This document shows positions 45,445 to 56,027 of a DNA stretch of 64,000 nucleotides, piece by piece. The stretch is from sequence record SRR31156797_3768; one strand, given 5' to 3'. Every line of letters starts with the position of its first letter. The first letter of the stretch is position 1. The notes beneath the pieces are model-generated. The model was given only the letters and a program-made list of their open reading frames with translations. It ran no database searches and was not told the origin of the DNA. The position numbers and the translations under genes are program-made.

Positions 45445-47637
45445 ATGATTCTTTTTGACAAACAATTAAACGTCTTTCATTTAAGCAACGATCAAATCAG
45501 CTATCTCATACAAATAGAAGAAGGGGGCAATGTGGCACACCTTTATTTTGGAAAAAAAATCGCTCATTATTCTGGCGGCTATCGTTATCCACGTCTTGAT
45601 CGGTCCTTTTCGCCCAATCCCCCAGACAGCAGCGACCGACTTTTCTCATTAGACACCTTGATGATGGAATTTCCTGGCAACGGCTTCGGAGATTTTCGAG
45701 AAGCAGCTTATAGGATTCGCCAGTCTAACGGTAGCCGAGTCAGCCATTTTGTCTTTAGTGATTACCAGATTCAACAAGGCAAACCCGCCCTAGCAGGATT
45801 GCCTCAGACCCATGGTGCCGACGACGGGATCGAAACACTGATTCTGTCCTTAAAAGATGATGTGGCGGGACTCGAACTGCAGCTGTTTTACACGATTTTT
45901 GAGGATGCGGCAGTGATCGTTCGCTCAAGTAAAATAATCAACCACGGAATCCAGCCTGTTACGATCGAGCAGCTGGCGAGTCAAGCGCTCGATTTTCCTA
46001 ACCGTCCCTTTGATTTGATCCACTTGCCGGGGGCGTGGGCGAAGGAACGCCAAGTCACCCGAGAACCAATCAATCGCGGCATCAAGCGTTTGGACAGCAA
46101 GCGTGGTTCCAGTAGCCATCAGCAAAATCCCTTTGCCGTCTTGCTGGAACCTAATGCTACGGAGTTTGCTGGGGAGTGTTTTGGTTTTAGTTTGCTGTAT
46201 AGTGGCAACCATGAAATCATCATCGAAAAAGATCCTTACCATCAGACTCGTGTGATCATGGGGATCAACAGCCATCAATTTGCCTGGCAATTGCCGCCAA
46301 CTGAAAGCTTTCAAGCCCCAGAAGCCGTGATTGCTTATAGTGAGGCTGGCTTGAACCAGCTGTCAGCCACCTATCATGACTTTTATGATGAGCATTTGAT
46401 TCGGGGCAAATACAAAAAGCAAGAACGGCCGATCCTGATCAATAACTGGGAAGCAACGTACTTTGATTTCAATGAAGAAAAACTGGATGCCCTCGTTGAT
46501 GAAGCGAAGGAGCTGGGAATCGAACTGTTTGTTTTGGATGACGGCTGGTTTGGTCAGCGAGAAGATGACCAAACCTCATTAGGCGATTGGTTTGAAAACG
46601 AAGGCAAGCTAGCTTCTGGCTTGGGAGGATTTGCCCAAAAAGTCCATGACAAAGGGCTGCAATTCGGGCTTTGGCTGGAACCAGAAATGGTTTCGGGCGA
46701 CAGTGAACTGAACCGACAACACCCCGATTGGCTGTTACAAGTACCAAATCGCAAGCCAGCGCTTAGCCGCAGTCAGTATGTGTTGGACTTTTCTCGACAA
46801 GATGTCAGAGACCATCTCTATCAGCAATTATCCCAACTGTTTGATACGGTTGCCATCGACTATATCAAATGGGACATGAACCGCAGTCTGTCGGATGTCT
46901 ATTCCTTGCTCCTCGATCCTGCCCAGCAAGGGGAGGTCGCGCATCGCTATCTGCTGGGCTTGTACGAGTTCCTCGAGAAACTGACCACTGCCTATCCGAC
47001 GATCCTGTTTGAAGGCTGTTCTGGCGGTGGCGGGCGCTTTGATGCCGGTTTCTTGTATTATATGCCGCAGATTTGGACCAGCGACAACACCGACGCCATC
47101 GCCCGCTTGAAGATCCAGTACGGAACCAGTCTGGCCTATCCGCCATCCACCATGGGGGCACATGTCTCAGCGATCCCGAACCATCAGACCCAACGGGCAA
47201 CGGATCTAGCGATTCGCGGCAATGCTGCGATGTCTGGCTTGCTGGGCTATGAGCTTGACTTAACACAGCTGACAGAAGAAGAAAAAGCGCAAATCAAAGA
47301 ACAAATCACTTTTTATAAAAAACATCGGCGCCTGCTGCAGTTGGGCCGCTTTGTTCGACTGCTCAGCCCTTATGAAGGCAATGACGCCGCCTGGCTGTAT
47401 GTTTCTCCAGATAAAAAAGAAGCGATCGTCTTTTACTTCCGAGTCTTAGCCGAAGCCTCTGCACCATTGGTTACTTTAAAGCTGGCTGGCTTAGATCCTG
47501 ACCTTACCTATCAAAGTGGGGGAGAGAGCTTCGGTGGCGATGAATTGATGCAACTCGGGTTGTATATCGATCCTCATTTAGCCGGGGATTATGCCACGCA
47601 GCGGTTTCATTTTGTTGCAAAAGCGCCTCACGAATAA
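45445..47637 (+). CDS. Alpha-galactosidase (GH36)
   Basis: NNWEATY, LFVLDDGW, YIKWDMNR, CSGGGGR, WTSDNTD; terminator at 47639-47680. Confidence 0.94.
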   Translation: MILFDKQLNVFHLSNDQISYLIQIEEGGNVAHLYFGKKIAHYSGGYRYPRLDRSFSPNPPDSSDRLFSLDTLMMEFPGNGFGDFREAAYRIRQSNGSRVSHFVFSDYQIQQGKPALAGLPQTHGADDGIETLILSLKDDVAGLELQLFYTIFEDAAVIVRSSKIINHGIQPVTIEQLASQALDFPNRPFDLIHLPGAWAKERQVTREPINRGIKRLDSKRGSSSHQQNPFAVLLEPNATEFAGECFGFSLLYSGNHEIIIEKDPYHQTRVIMGINSHQFAWQLPPTESFQAPEAVIAYSEAGLNQLSATYHDFYDEHLIRGKYKKQERPILINNWEATYFDFNEEKLDALVDEAKELGIELFVLDDGWFGQREDDQTSLGDWFENEGKLASGLGGFAQKVHDKGLQFGLWLEPEMVSGDSELNRQHPDWLLQVPNRKPALSRSQYVLDFSRQDVRDHLYQQLSQLFDTVAIDYIKWDMNRSLSDVYSLLLDPAQQGEVAHRYLLGLYEFLEKLTTAYPTILFEGCSGGGGRFDAGFLYYMPQIWTSDNTDAIARLKIQYGTSLAYPPSTMGAHVSAIPNHQTQRATDLAIRGNAAMSGLLGYELDLTQLTEEEKAQIKEQITFYKKHRRLLQLGRFVRLLSPYEGNDAAWLYVSPDKKEAIVFYFRVLAEASAPLVTLKLAGLDPDLTYQSGGESFGGDELMQLGLYIDPHLAGDYATQRFHFVAKAPHE

Positions 47638-47827
47638 AAAAAGCGTCCTGTCAAAGTAGCAAGTTTTGACGGGGCGCTTTATTGTGTTAACGCAAGCTTT
47701 TATCTAATGATCGGCAACTGAGAGGCTATTTTAGAACAAATGATTTATTTTTTTCTCGAGAAGTCGTATGATGAAGGAGGAGGCAGACAGTTTGCTTCTG
47801 ACAATCAGTAAGAGGAGGGTGTTCAAC

Positions 47828-48106
47828 ATGGACGAACAGCCACTAGCGAATGAAACAGAAGAAGGGTTGATTGCTGCAGGATATCGGAAGTATCGTGGTG
47901 AAGCGATCGATATTTATTACAACAAAGAGATCTGCACCCACAGCGGTAATTGTGTGCGGGGCAATCCCGCCATTTTTGAAGTTGGACGGCGTCCCTGGGT
48001 GGTTCCTGATAATGGGGAAGCAGCCCAAGCGGCACAAGTGATCCATACCTGTCCAAGCGGTGCATTAAAGTATGTGTTAAAGGAGGAACAATCATGGAAA
48101 TCTTAG
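47828..48106 (+). CDS. YjdI-like divergent Fe-S protein
   Basis: ICTHSGNCVRG..RRPW..CPSGAL. Confidence 0.85.
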   Translation: MDEQPLANETEEGLIAAGYRKYRGEAIDIYYNKEICTHSGNCVRGNPAIFEVGRRPWVVPDNGEAAQAAQVIHTCPSGALKYVLKEEQSWKS

Positions 48107-48366
48107 AAGAAAATGCTCGATTTGTGTTAAAAGACGGTGATAAAGAAATTGGTGAAATGACGTGGTCAAAAGCCGGTGAAACGCGTATGATCATTGATCA
48201 TACCTTTGTCGATCCTGCTTATCGGGGACAAGGACTCGCCGAAAAATTAGTGGCAAAAGGGGTGGAAAAAGCCCGCAAAGAACAAAAGAAAATCATTCCT
48301 TTGTGTCCCTTTGCCAAAAAAGAATTTGAACGCAAACCAGAATATGCCGATGTTTGGAACCAATAA
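48094..48366 (+). CDS. YjdJ-like minimal GNAT
   Basis: IDHTFV..RGQGLA..IPLCPF. Confidence 0.88.
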   Translation: MEILEENARFVLKDGDKEIGEMTWSKAGETRMIIDHTFVDPAYRGQGLAEKLVAKGVEKARKEQKKIIPLCPFAKKEFERKPEYADVWNQ

Positions 48367-48376
48367 ATCAACCAAA

Positions 48377-48426
48377 ACAACCCCCACCAACTCAAGAGTC
48401 TCTCTTTGAGGTGGTGGGGGTTGTTG
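48377..48426. terminator. Bidirectional terminator
   Basis: AACAACCCCCACCA...TGGTGGGGGTTGTT. Confidence 0.8.
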
Positions 48427-48435
48427 TATGACTGA

Positions 48436-50190
48436 TCAATGTTGGAATTGAGCATGGTACAGGCGATAGTAATAGCCTTGTTCTGCCAGTAATTCTTCAT
48501 GGGTTCCTTGCTCCACGATTTGACCGGCATCCATTACAAGGATCTTGTCTGCTGCTCGAATCGTTGATAACCGATGGGCGATCACAAAGCTGGTTTTGCC
48601 TTCCATCATTTTCAAAAAGGCATCTTGAATTTTTTTCTCAGTCAGAGTATCAACCGAACTGGTTGCTTCATCCAAAATCAGCATTGGTGGGTTACTGATC
48701 ATCGTGCGGGCAATCGTCAATAGCTGTCGTTGTCCGTCAGAGATCTTGATGCCTTGATGACCGATCGGCGTATCTAGTGTTTCTGGTAAGCGCATCACAT
48801 ATTCATACATATAGGCATGCTTTAGGGCATCATAGATTTCTTCATCTGTGGCAGTGTCATTTCCGTATTGCAAGTTTTCTCGTAAAGAGGCATCAAAGAG
48901 CCATGTATCTTGCAAGACCATTCCGAAGCTTTGCCGTAATTCTTCTCGTTTCAACTGACGAATATCGGTGCCATCGATCTTGATCGCGCCTTTATCGACA
49001 TCATAGAAACGCATCAACAAATTGACCAACGTCGATTTACCGGCACCGGTTTTTCCGACGATTGCGACGGTTTCTCCAGGTTTTGCAGTAAAAGTGAAAT
49101 CTTCGATCAATTTTTGACCAGGATCATAAGCAAAAGACACCTCCTCAAAGGCAATCTCGCCTTTGATCTCTCCCAGTGATTGAGATTCTTGATCATCGGC
49201 TGTTTCTGGCTCTTGATCCAACAGCTCAAAGGTTCTTGAAAGTCCAGCCAATGCCGTTTGGATCTGGGTCGTAATTCCTGACAATTCAATGAATGGTTTC
49301 GAAAACTGACTGGAGTAGATCGTAAAGCTGGAAATCATCCCAACCGTGACAGCACCTGAACCAGAAAAGTAAAGCAGACCGCCGACAAAGCCGACTGACA
49401 GATACGCCAAATGATCGACGAATCGTGAAAGGGGATTGGTCAAAGAAGAAGAAAACTGTGCCTTTTGCCCCCGGACATTCAATTCTTGGTTGATCGTTTC
49501 AAAACGGTTTTGGTTGATGGTTTCTCGATCAAAGGCTTTGACGATTTTTTGATTGCCGATCATTTCCGTAACAAAGCCAGAAATTTCGCCGACGATTTCT
49601 TGTTGCCGAGCAAAATGCGATTGTGACGTTCGTGCCACGATCCAGTTGACCAAAAAGATGATCGGGGTCGAAACCAATACGACCAACGTTAAGGGCACAC
49701 TCATTTGCAGCATGACGACTAAGGCGATCAAGACGACCGAAATACCAGAAAACAGCTGGTTGAAGACTGCAGCGACGGCAATGGAAATATTATCCATGTC
49801 ATTGGTAAAACGACTGACGATGTTGCCGTGGGAGTTTTGGTCATAATAGCGCAAAGGCAATGTATTGAGATGCGCAAAACCTTTTTTGCGCAAATCGGCG
49901 ACAGATAAATACGCCACGCGGTTACCCAGTCGCTGGATCAACCATTGACTGACCACAGTCACTAAAACCACTCCGGCAAACAGAAGCAAAATACGATAGA
50001 GAGTGCTAAATTGCACTTGATCAGCACCTATCAGCTGATCGACGGCTTGACCAATCTGATACGTCATATAAACCGAGGAGACGCCAGCAGCAATCCCGAG
50101 GACAACTGCTGCCCAAGTTTCCTTCGCATAGGCAGTCAAATAAGGGAGGTAGCGACGAAAGGCCGACCAATCGAATGATTTCTTTTTCAT
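48436..50190 (-). CDS. Heterodimeric ABC exporter, consensus-site half (TM288/EfrB-type)
   Basis: GKTGAGKS, LILDEATS, IAHR; degenerate signature ISDGQ. Confidence 0.92.
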   Translation of the reverse strand: MKKKSFDWSAFRRYLPYLTAYAKETWAAVVLGIAAGVSSVYMTYQIGQAVDQLIGADQVQFSTLYRILLLFAGVVLVTVVSQWLIQRLGNRVAYLSVADLRKKGFAHLNTLPLRYYDQNSHGNIVSRFTNDMDNISIAVAAVFNQLFSGISVVLIALVVMLQMSVPLTLVVLVSTPIIFLVNWIVARTSQSHFARQQEIVGEISGFVTEMIGNQKIVKAFDRETINQNRFETINQELNVRGQKAQFSSSLTNPLSRFVDHLAYLSVGFVGGLLYFSGSGAVTVGMISSFTIYSSQFSKPFIELSGITTQIQTALAGLSRTFELLDQEPETADDQESQSLGEIKGEIAFEEVSFAYDPGQKLIEDFTFTAKPGETVAIVGKTGAGKSTLVNLLMRFYDVDKGAIKIDGTDIRQLKREELRQSFGMVLQDTWLFDASLRENLQYGNDTATDEEIYDALKHAYMYEYVMRLPETLDTPIGHQGIKISDGQRQLLTIARTMISNPPMLILDEATSSVDTLTEKKIQDAFLKMMEGKTSFVIAHRLSTIRAADKILVMDAGQIVEQGTHEELLAEQGYYYRLYHAQFQH

Positions 50191-51917
50191 GCTTCTTCCT
50201 CCTCTGCCTGTGATGCGACGATTTCTTGGTATTCTTTTGAAGATGCCAACAGCTCTTCATGGGTCCCTTTGCCTACCAAATTCCCTTGGTCTAAGACTAA
50301 GATCTGCTGCGCATCTTGAATGGAGCGAACCCGTTGAGAGATAATGATGACCGTGCCACGAATGCTTTCTTTTAAAGCCATCCGCAAATCAAGATCGGTT
50401 TGATAGTCAAGGGCACTTAGAGAATCATCCAAAATCAAGATATCTGGTTTAGCGATCAATGCTCTGGCAATCGTTAACCGTTGTTTTTGTCCCCCAGAAA
50501 AGTTCTTGCCCCCTTCAAAAATCGGGGTATCCAGTTGCTGCGGCAAGGCTTCAACGAAGTCGCGGCTTTGAGCGATTTCGAGTGCTCGCCAACACTCTTC
50601 ATCGGTGGCATCTTTTTTGCCCCATTGCAAGTTTTCTCGAATCGTTCCCGTAAACAGCACGGCGGTTTGAGGCACCATGGCGATTTTTTGGCGTAATTGC
50701 TGTAAAGGCCATTTCCGCACATCGTGTCCGTCAACGATCACTTTGCCATCTGCCACATCGTAGAAGCGGGGGATCAATTGGGTCAAGGCAGATTTCCCAC
50801 TCCCGGTTGGTCCAGTGATACCTAAAATAGACCCCGGCGCGACTTGGAAATCAATGTTTTTCAAGGCTAATCCGTATTCTTTTGAAAAGCGGAAATCAAC
50901 ATGTTCAAAGCGAATCGCTCCGACGTTGTTTTTCGGCTGATCCATAAAGACTTCTGAAAGTTCATCGCCGATCGATGGCTCAGTGGTTAAAACTTCGTTG
51001 ATCCGTGAACCTGATGCTGCCGCACGGGTAAAGATGATCACTAAGTTGGAAACCACGATCAATGCTAAGAGCATTTGATTCATGTAATTGACCAGTGCCA
51101 GCACTTGTCCTTGCTGCAAATTGCCTATATTGACTTTGAATCCACCGATATAAAACAACGCGATAATGCCGACATTCATGATTAAGGTGGTGGCAGGCGT
51201 CAATAAAGCAGACAGGTTTGTCACCCGTAAATAGACATCACTTAAATCATCAGTTGCCTTATCAAAGCGTTTCGTTTCCGTTTTTGTGCGGGCAAAGGCA
51301 CGAATCACCCGAATCCCGCTTAAATTTTGACTAACTAGCTCATTCAACTCATCTAAATGGACTTGAACTTTCTTATACAATGGCACGGTTTTGGCGATGA
51401 TCCAGAATAAGACGATACAAAAGAGCGGTAAAACGAGTAGGAAAATCAAGCCAGCTTGCCAATCAATGACAAAGGCCATAATCACAGAACCGATGCTTAA
51501 GAAGGGCGCCCGGACAACCAGCCGAATCAGCATCGCCAAAGCAATCTGCATCTGATTGATGTCGTTGGTCATTCGAGTAATCAACGTATCAGTACCGAAT
51601 AAGTTCAGTTCGCTATGGGAAAGGGTGTTGATTTTTTTCATCAAGCGATTGCGTAATTCTGTCCCGAATCCTTGAGAAGCGACGGAAGCATAATACTGAC
51701 AGATGACGGCACAGATCATCCCCACCACGGACATCACGATCATCCAGATCGTCATTTCAACGACCTTCGACCAATTGTTTTGCCGTAGGCCCTCATCGAC
51801 TAAAGCGGCCATCTGCAAAGGCAGAACCAATTCAAACACCGCTTCTAAAAATTTGAAAAACGGACCAAGAATAATCTGTTTGCGATAATCCTTGGCGTAG
51901 CGTAACAAGCTTATCAT
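50187..51917 (-). CDS. Heterodimeric ABC exporter, degenerate-site half (TM287/EfrA-type)
   Basis: GPTGSGKS, FSGGQ, Walker B LILDD, switch ISQR. Confidence 0.92.
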   Translation of the reverse strand: MISLLRYAKDYRKQIILGPFFKFLEAVFELVLPLQMAALVDEGLRQNNWSKVVEMTIWMIVMSVVGMICAVICQYYASVASQGFGTELRNRLMKKINTLSHSELNLFGTDTLITRMTNDINQMQIALAMLIRLVVRAPFLSIGSVIMAFVIDWQAGLIFLLVLPLFCIVLFWIIAKTVPLYKKVQVHLDELNELVSQNLSGIRVIRAFARTKTETKRFDKATDDLSDVYLRVTNLSALLTPATTLIMNVGIIALFYIGGFKVNIGNLQQGQVLALVNYMNQMLLALIVVSNLVIIFTRAAASGSRINEVLTTEPSIGDELSEVFMDQPKNNVGAIRFEHVDFRFSKEYGLALKNIDFQVAPGSILGITGPTGSGKSALTQLIPRFYDVADGKVIVDGHDVRKWPLQQLRQKIAMVPQTAVLFTGTIRENLQWGKKDATDEECWRALEIAQSRDFVEALPQQLDTPIFEGGKNFSGGQKQRLTIARALIAKPDILILDDSLSALDYQTDLDLRMALKESIRGTVIIISQRVRSIQDAQQILVLDQGNLVGKGTHEELLASSKEYQEIVASQAEEEEA

Positions 51918-51932
51918 AAAAAACCTCCTAAA

Positions 51933-52472
51933 TTATTTCGGATGAGCAGGATATTCACTGGCTAAACAGGCAAAAACCAAACTATCGGTCCATTCCCCCT
52001 TGTTCCACCAGTCTTGGATAAAATGTGCTTCTTGGCGCAATCCAATCCGTTGGCAAAGCTTGGCTGAGGCCTGATTGCGGGCATCTAGCGTCGCTTGTAC
52101 CCGATGGATCTTCTGACTGGCAAACAACCAGTCCATCAACTCTTTCAAGGCTTCTTGAGCAAACCCTTGTCCGCCAAATGACGGATGGAAGGCATAGCCG
52201 ATTTCAACGGAATACGGCTGACCAGTAGACCACACCGACAAATCGCCGATGACCGTTTGATCGTGTAGTACCGCCAAAGAAAGACCTGCTTGGTCCGTCA
52301 AGGTGTGCTGTTGACATTTTTTGGCAAAAGCCGCCGCTGCCGTTTCTGTCTGCCAAGGCTCATGAAGTAAGAAACGGCAAACTTCCGCTTGCTGATAAAT
52401 AGCAAAGGTATCGGCAAAATCACTTTCTTGAAACGGACGGATCGTTAACCGTTCACTTTCCATACATACCAT
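51933..52472 (-). CDS. RimJ/RimL-type GNAT
   Basis: SERLTIRPF, EIGY..GQGFA, NQASAKL; GGAGG before ATG 52472. Confidence 0.88.
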   Translation of the reverse strand: MVCMESERLTIRPFQESDFADTFAIYQQAEVCRFLLHEPWQTETAAAAFAKKCQQHTLTDQAGLSLAVLHDQTVIGDLSVWSTGQPYSVEIGYAFHPSFGGQGFAQEALKELMDWLFASQKIHRVQATLDARNQASAKLCQRIGLRQEAHFIQDWWNKGEWTDSLVFACLASEYPAHPK

Positions 52473-52621
52473 AGACAGCCTCCATTTCTTTAGGGACATC
52501 TTACCATAGAACGAAATAGCCGAAAACATTATCAGAAAAATACAACAACTTTCTTGTAAAAGAGTGTAAATTTCATGAAAATTCTTTCTTTTACAATTAG
52601 AACTTGCCAGTTGCTGCCTAT

Positions 52622-52981
52622 TTACCACGCCTGCCAGCGGGCAAGAAAGGTTTTTTGCCAATCGCCCAAGGGCAAAATCACTCGCTGCATTTGAAAACGG
52701 TAGGTTTCCCCTTTATAAGTAAAGCGAATCGGGACGAGCATCCCTACAACAGGATCTTTGTGCTGTTTTTTTAGCTCAGCAAGCGGCACGATTTTGTGCT
52801 GCAGGACTTTTGTCGAGAAAAGATTCAATGCCAAAATCGTCAATTGCTGATCATCTAAGACGAGCAGGGTACGGCTGGTGATGGCATTGAAGGACTGCCA
52901 TTTTGCATAGCCGATCACAGCTCCTTCCGTCAAATAGGGGGCTGCCAACGCTTGGAAGGTTTTTTTATTTAAAAGAAACAT
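52622..52981 (-). CDS. Hypothetical protein
   Basis: AAGGAG RBS; 119-aa beta-rich ORF. Confidence 0.6.
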   Translation of the reverse strand: MFLLNKKTFQALAAPYLTEGAVIGYAKWQSFNAITSRTLLVLDDQQLTILALNLFSTKVLQHKIVPLAELKKQHKDPVVGMLVPIRFTYKGETYRFQMQRVILPLGDWQKTFLARWQAW

Positions 52982-53054
52982 GGGTAGAAAACTCCTTATA
53001 AGTTAGAATCGTTTTAGGCAGAGTGTCAACCATCATCGAACAGCGTGAAGACGC

Positions 53055-53987
53055 TTAATCAGTTGTAAATGGCTGCAGCATCCGCCGAACTTTTTCAGTA
53101 TACGCCTGTTTGAGGGCTAACGGTTCGATTTCTTTGATGGTTGGCCCAAATTGCAAGAGAAAGTCAGCTAGAAAATCAAGCTCATTTTCGCTGATATAGC
53201 CATCCAAACAAAGCTCACTAGAGCGTTCGGTCACTCTCATGTCAGGATATCGTTCTTGCATAACTCGTTCTTTCACTTGCGGTATCAAGCGGATCTGATA
53301 GGCCAATGTTTGAGTTATTACTCGCTGTTGCGTCTGTTTTCTGGCTAACTGATCTAAGGGATAGCCCTTTGTTGTCGTTACAACAAGTCCCTGCATTGCA
53401 TCACAGCGATAGCGGCGAAAGGCCTGCTTTTGACAATCAAAGGCCAAACAATACCAGTAACCAGCACGAAAATCCAGCTGATAGGGTTGTACGGTCTTGT
53501 TCGTTTTTTGATAACGCTGATAGGTAAATTGGATGACCTGTTCTTGTACGATCGCTGAAAAAAGCGCTGAGAGGATCGGTGCACTCGTCAATTGAGGCAC
53601 CCCTTGAAATGAAACCGCCGTCTCCATTTTTTCTAACCAGTCGGTATCTCCTTGATAAAAAGACTGCAAAAGTTTTCGCCGCAGCCCTTGATAGCTCCGA
53701 TCAAAAGGAGAATCGGATAATTTTTGTAAGAGCTGTAAAGCAAAGAAAAGGGTATAACGTTCATTTTTGTCAAAGTACAAGGGGGTCAGTTGATTTTTTA
53801 AGATCTGATAGCCGCCATAACGACCGGTTTCTACCACGAGAGGCAAGCCCAGCTCTTCCAACGATTGGACATCGCGGACGGCTGTGCGTTTTGAAATCGC
53901 AAAGGTTTTCATCAAATCAGCTAGATGAAAAGTGGTTTTTCCTTGTAAATACAATAGCTCCTGAGTTAAACGTTCTGATTTTTTCAT
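53055..53987 (-). CDS. HTH-WYL (YafY/YobV-like) regulator
   Basis: MKKSERL, ISKRTAVRD, GRYGGY, YWYC..FRRYRCD. Confidence 0.9.
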   Translation of the reverse strand: MKKSERLTQELLYLQGKTTFHLADLMKTFAISKRTAVRDVQSLEELGLPLVVETGRYGGYQILKNQLTPLYFDKNERYTLFFALQLLQKLSDSPFDRSYQGLRRKLLQSFYQGDTDWLEKMETAVSFQGVPQLTSAPILSALFSAIVQEQVIQFTYQRYQKTNKTVQPYQLDFRAGYWYCLAFDCQKQAFRRYRCDAMQGLVVTTTKGYPLDQLARKQTQQRVITQTLAYQIRLIPQVKERVMQERYPDMRVTERSSELCLDGYISENELDFLADFLLQFGPTIKEIEPLALKQAYTEKVRRMLQPFTTD

Positions 53988-54002
53988 TTCATTCTCCAAT
54001 GG

Positions 54003-54017
54003 TGCCAAGTTTTGGCA
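54003..54017. promoter_or_regulatory. Probable WYL-regulator operator
   Basis: TGCCAA-GTT-TTGGCA palindrome in the 77-bp divergent spacer. Confidence 0.6.
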
Positions 54018-54064
54018 ATATTCACAGTTACACTTATGGTAACAAGAAAAGGAGGAACCAACAA

Positions 54065-54529
54065 ATGATCGAACCAAAAATCGCTTTATTTTTAACCTTA
54101 GACGGCAAAGCCCAAGAAGCCATCCACTTTTATCAGGAAACATTAGACGGGACCCTCTTATTCACCATCACCAACCAAGAATATCAAGAAAAACTTGATC
54201 CAACACTGGAGATTCTTGCAGGTCAAGAACAGTATCTTTCTCATTCCATCCTACAAATCGGAGATTTCCAGTTGCAGCTGGCTGACAATCCATTGATCGA
54301 AGGGGAGCCCATTCAAGCAGGGAATCACTTATCCTTGAGTTTGACGATAGACGACACCAAAACAGCTCAAAAGCTTTATCAACGACTAGTGGAAAAGGGC
54401 AGTCAGGTGATCCAGGCACCTAGTGAAAATCCGTTTGCGTTTTTTTATGCAAGTGTTCGCGATCCATTTGGTGTAATTATTCAGCTTACTGTCGAAAAAG
54501 AAGTTGATCCATCAAAAAAGGGTGAATGA
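54065..54529 (+). CDS. VOC / PhnB-like protein
   Basis: AQEAIHFYQ, HSILQIG, DPFGV; AGGAGG RBS. Confidence 0.85.
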   Translation: MIEPKIALFLTLDGKAQEAIHFYQETLDGTLLFTITNQEYQEKLDPTLEILAGQEQYLSHSILQIGDFQLQLADNPLIEGEPIQAGNHLSLSLTIDDTKTAQKLYQRLVEKGSQVIQAPSENPFAFFYASVRDPFGVIIQLTVEKEVDPSKKGE

Positions 54530-54722
54530 AAAAAATCGTTTTTTAATAAAATATCCATAGAAGTTGACTAATTATCCAGCTTTCTTTCATCATCAGAATT
54601 ATTTTTAAGGAATGTTTAAAGGACTTCACAGAAAAAGAATAAAACTTCTTAAAAAAATAGGCGGATCGCAAAAATTCTGGTACAATCGGGGAGAGCAATT
54701 CAGGAGAAATGAAGGAGGCACT

Positions 54723-55850
54723 ATGGATAGAAAGACGAGATATAAACAGCAAAGAGCCCACAAAGCGCGCAACAAACGCGTGATTATTGGAGGAATCTTT
54801 CTTTTCGCCATTGCAGGCATCGTTTTATTTGCCGGCTATACGTATTATGCAGCAAAAAATTCAGTGGATAAAATGTTTAAAGAATCCGCTGTAATCAGTT
54901 CCAATAAAAGTAAAGAAGACAACTCATTGAAAGCTTCTGATGTTAATTCAAAGTTTGGGATCTTGCTGATGGGTGTCGATAATGACGCGGAACGTGAAAA
55001 GACAGAACATTTGGACAGTGCCCGTACCGACAGTTTGATTTACATGGTATATGATGGCGAAAACAAGAAAATCGATATGGTTAGTCTCCCTAGAGATATT
55101 TGGACCAATATTTATGATGGAACAGGAACTGGGACAATTGCTACTACAGCCAAGATCAATAGTGCATTCACGATTGGTGAGGAAGACGCAACGATTGAAA
55201 CAGTCCAAAACTACCTGCAATTGCCAATTGACTATTACGTAAACATCAATTTTACAAGTTTTGAAAAAATAATCGATGCGATTGGCGGAATCACTGTTGA
55301 TGTGCCTTACGACATCAACAAGAAATATACTTCAGACAACACGGGAGAAACGTTGATTCCAGAAGGACGTCAATTGTTGAACGGTGAACAAGCCTTGATT
55401 TTTGCCCGTATCCGGAAAATGGATACTGATGTGGATCGAGGAAACCGTCAGCAAGAAGTTATTGAAGCAGCGATCCACCAAGCTTTGAAAATCAATAATG
55501 TCACCAAGTACCAAGAAATTTTAGATTCTGTCAGCGAAGATGTGAATACAAACTTTAAGTTTGAAGACTTAGTATCTTTAGCGGGCAATATGTTGTCTGG
55601 GTTCGATATTCAAAAACATACCTTTGAATGGTACGATGGGGAATCTTATGATGGACAATCGATCGTATATATTCAAGACTATTCTTACAATGAAATCCGT
55701 AATGATATGCTGAAAGCCTTAGGTCAAGCACCAGCAGATTCGCAAGCAGATGCCAATACAGAAACACAAACCGGTGTTGGAAACGAGACAGGTGCAGGAA
55801 CTGGTGACGGATACGGCTCGGATGTCGTTGATGACGGAACCGGCTACTAA
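54723..55850 (+). CDS. LCP (LytR-CpsA-Psr) glycopolymer ligase
   Basis: LLMGVD, RTDS, SLPRD, KINSA, RGNRQQ; terminator at 55858-55889. Confidence 0.92.
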   Translation: MDRKTRYKQQRAHKARNKRVIIGGIFLFAIAGIVLFAGYTYYAAKNSVDKMFKESAVISSNKSKEDNSLKASDVNSKFGILLMGVDNDAEREKTEHLDSARTDSLIYMVYDGENKKIDMVSLPRDIWTNIYDGTGTGTIATTAKINSAFTIGEEDATIETVQNYLQLPIDYYVNINFTSFEKIIDAIGGITVDVPYDINKKYTSDNTGETLIPEGRQLLNGEQALIFARIRKMDTDVDRGNRQQEVIEAAIHQALKINNVTKYQEILDSVSEDVNTNFKFEDLVSLAGNMLSGFDIQKHTFEWYDGESYDGQSIVYIQDYSYNEIRNDMLKALGQAPADSQADANTETQTGVGNETGAGTGDGYGSDVVDDGTGY

Positions 55851-56027
55851 TCAAGAGAAAAAAGTCAGGAACATTCCTGACTTTTTTTTATACCCTCAGA
55901 CCTTTAAAAATCGATTGAAAACAAGTTCAGTCTCTCAAGCCGCTTTCGTTTGCATCTCAGAAGTGCAGTGCTATTCTTAAGAAAAGAAACAACTTGTTGC
56001 AGCAAGTCATACACTGGGGGAGGAACC

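Noticed and set aside
53579-54064. N-terminal extensions in the ORF track (VOC 316 aa, WYL 362 aa and similar)
   Set aside because: They overlap the opposite gene; RBS positions and domain boundaries support the shorter starts
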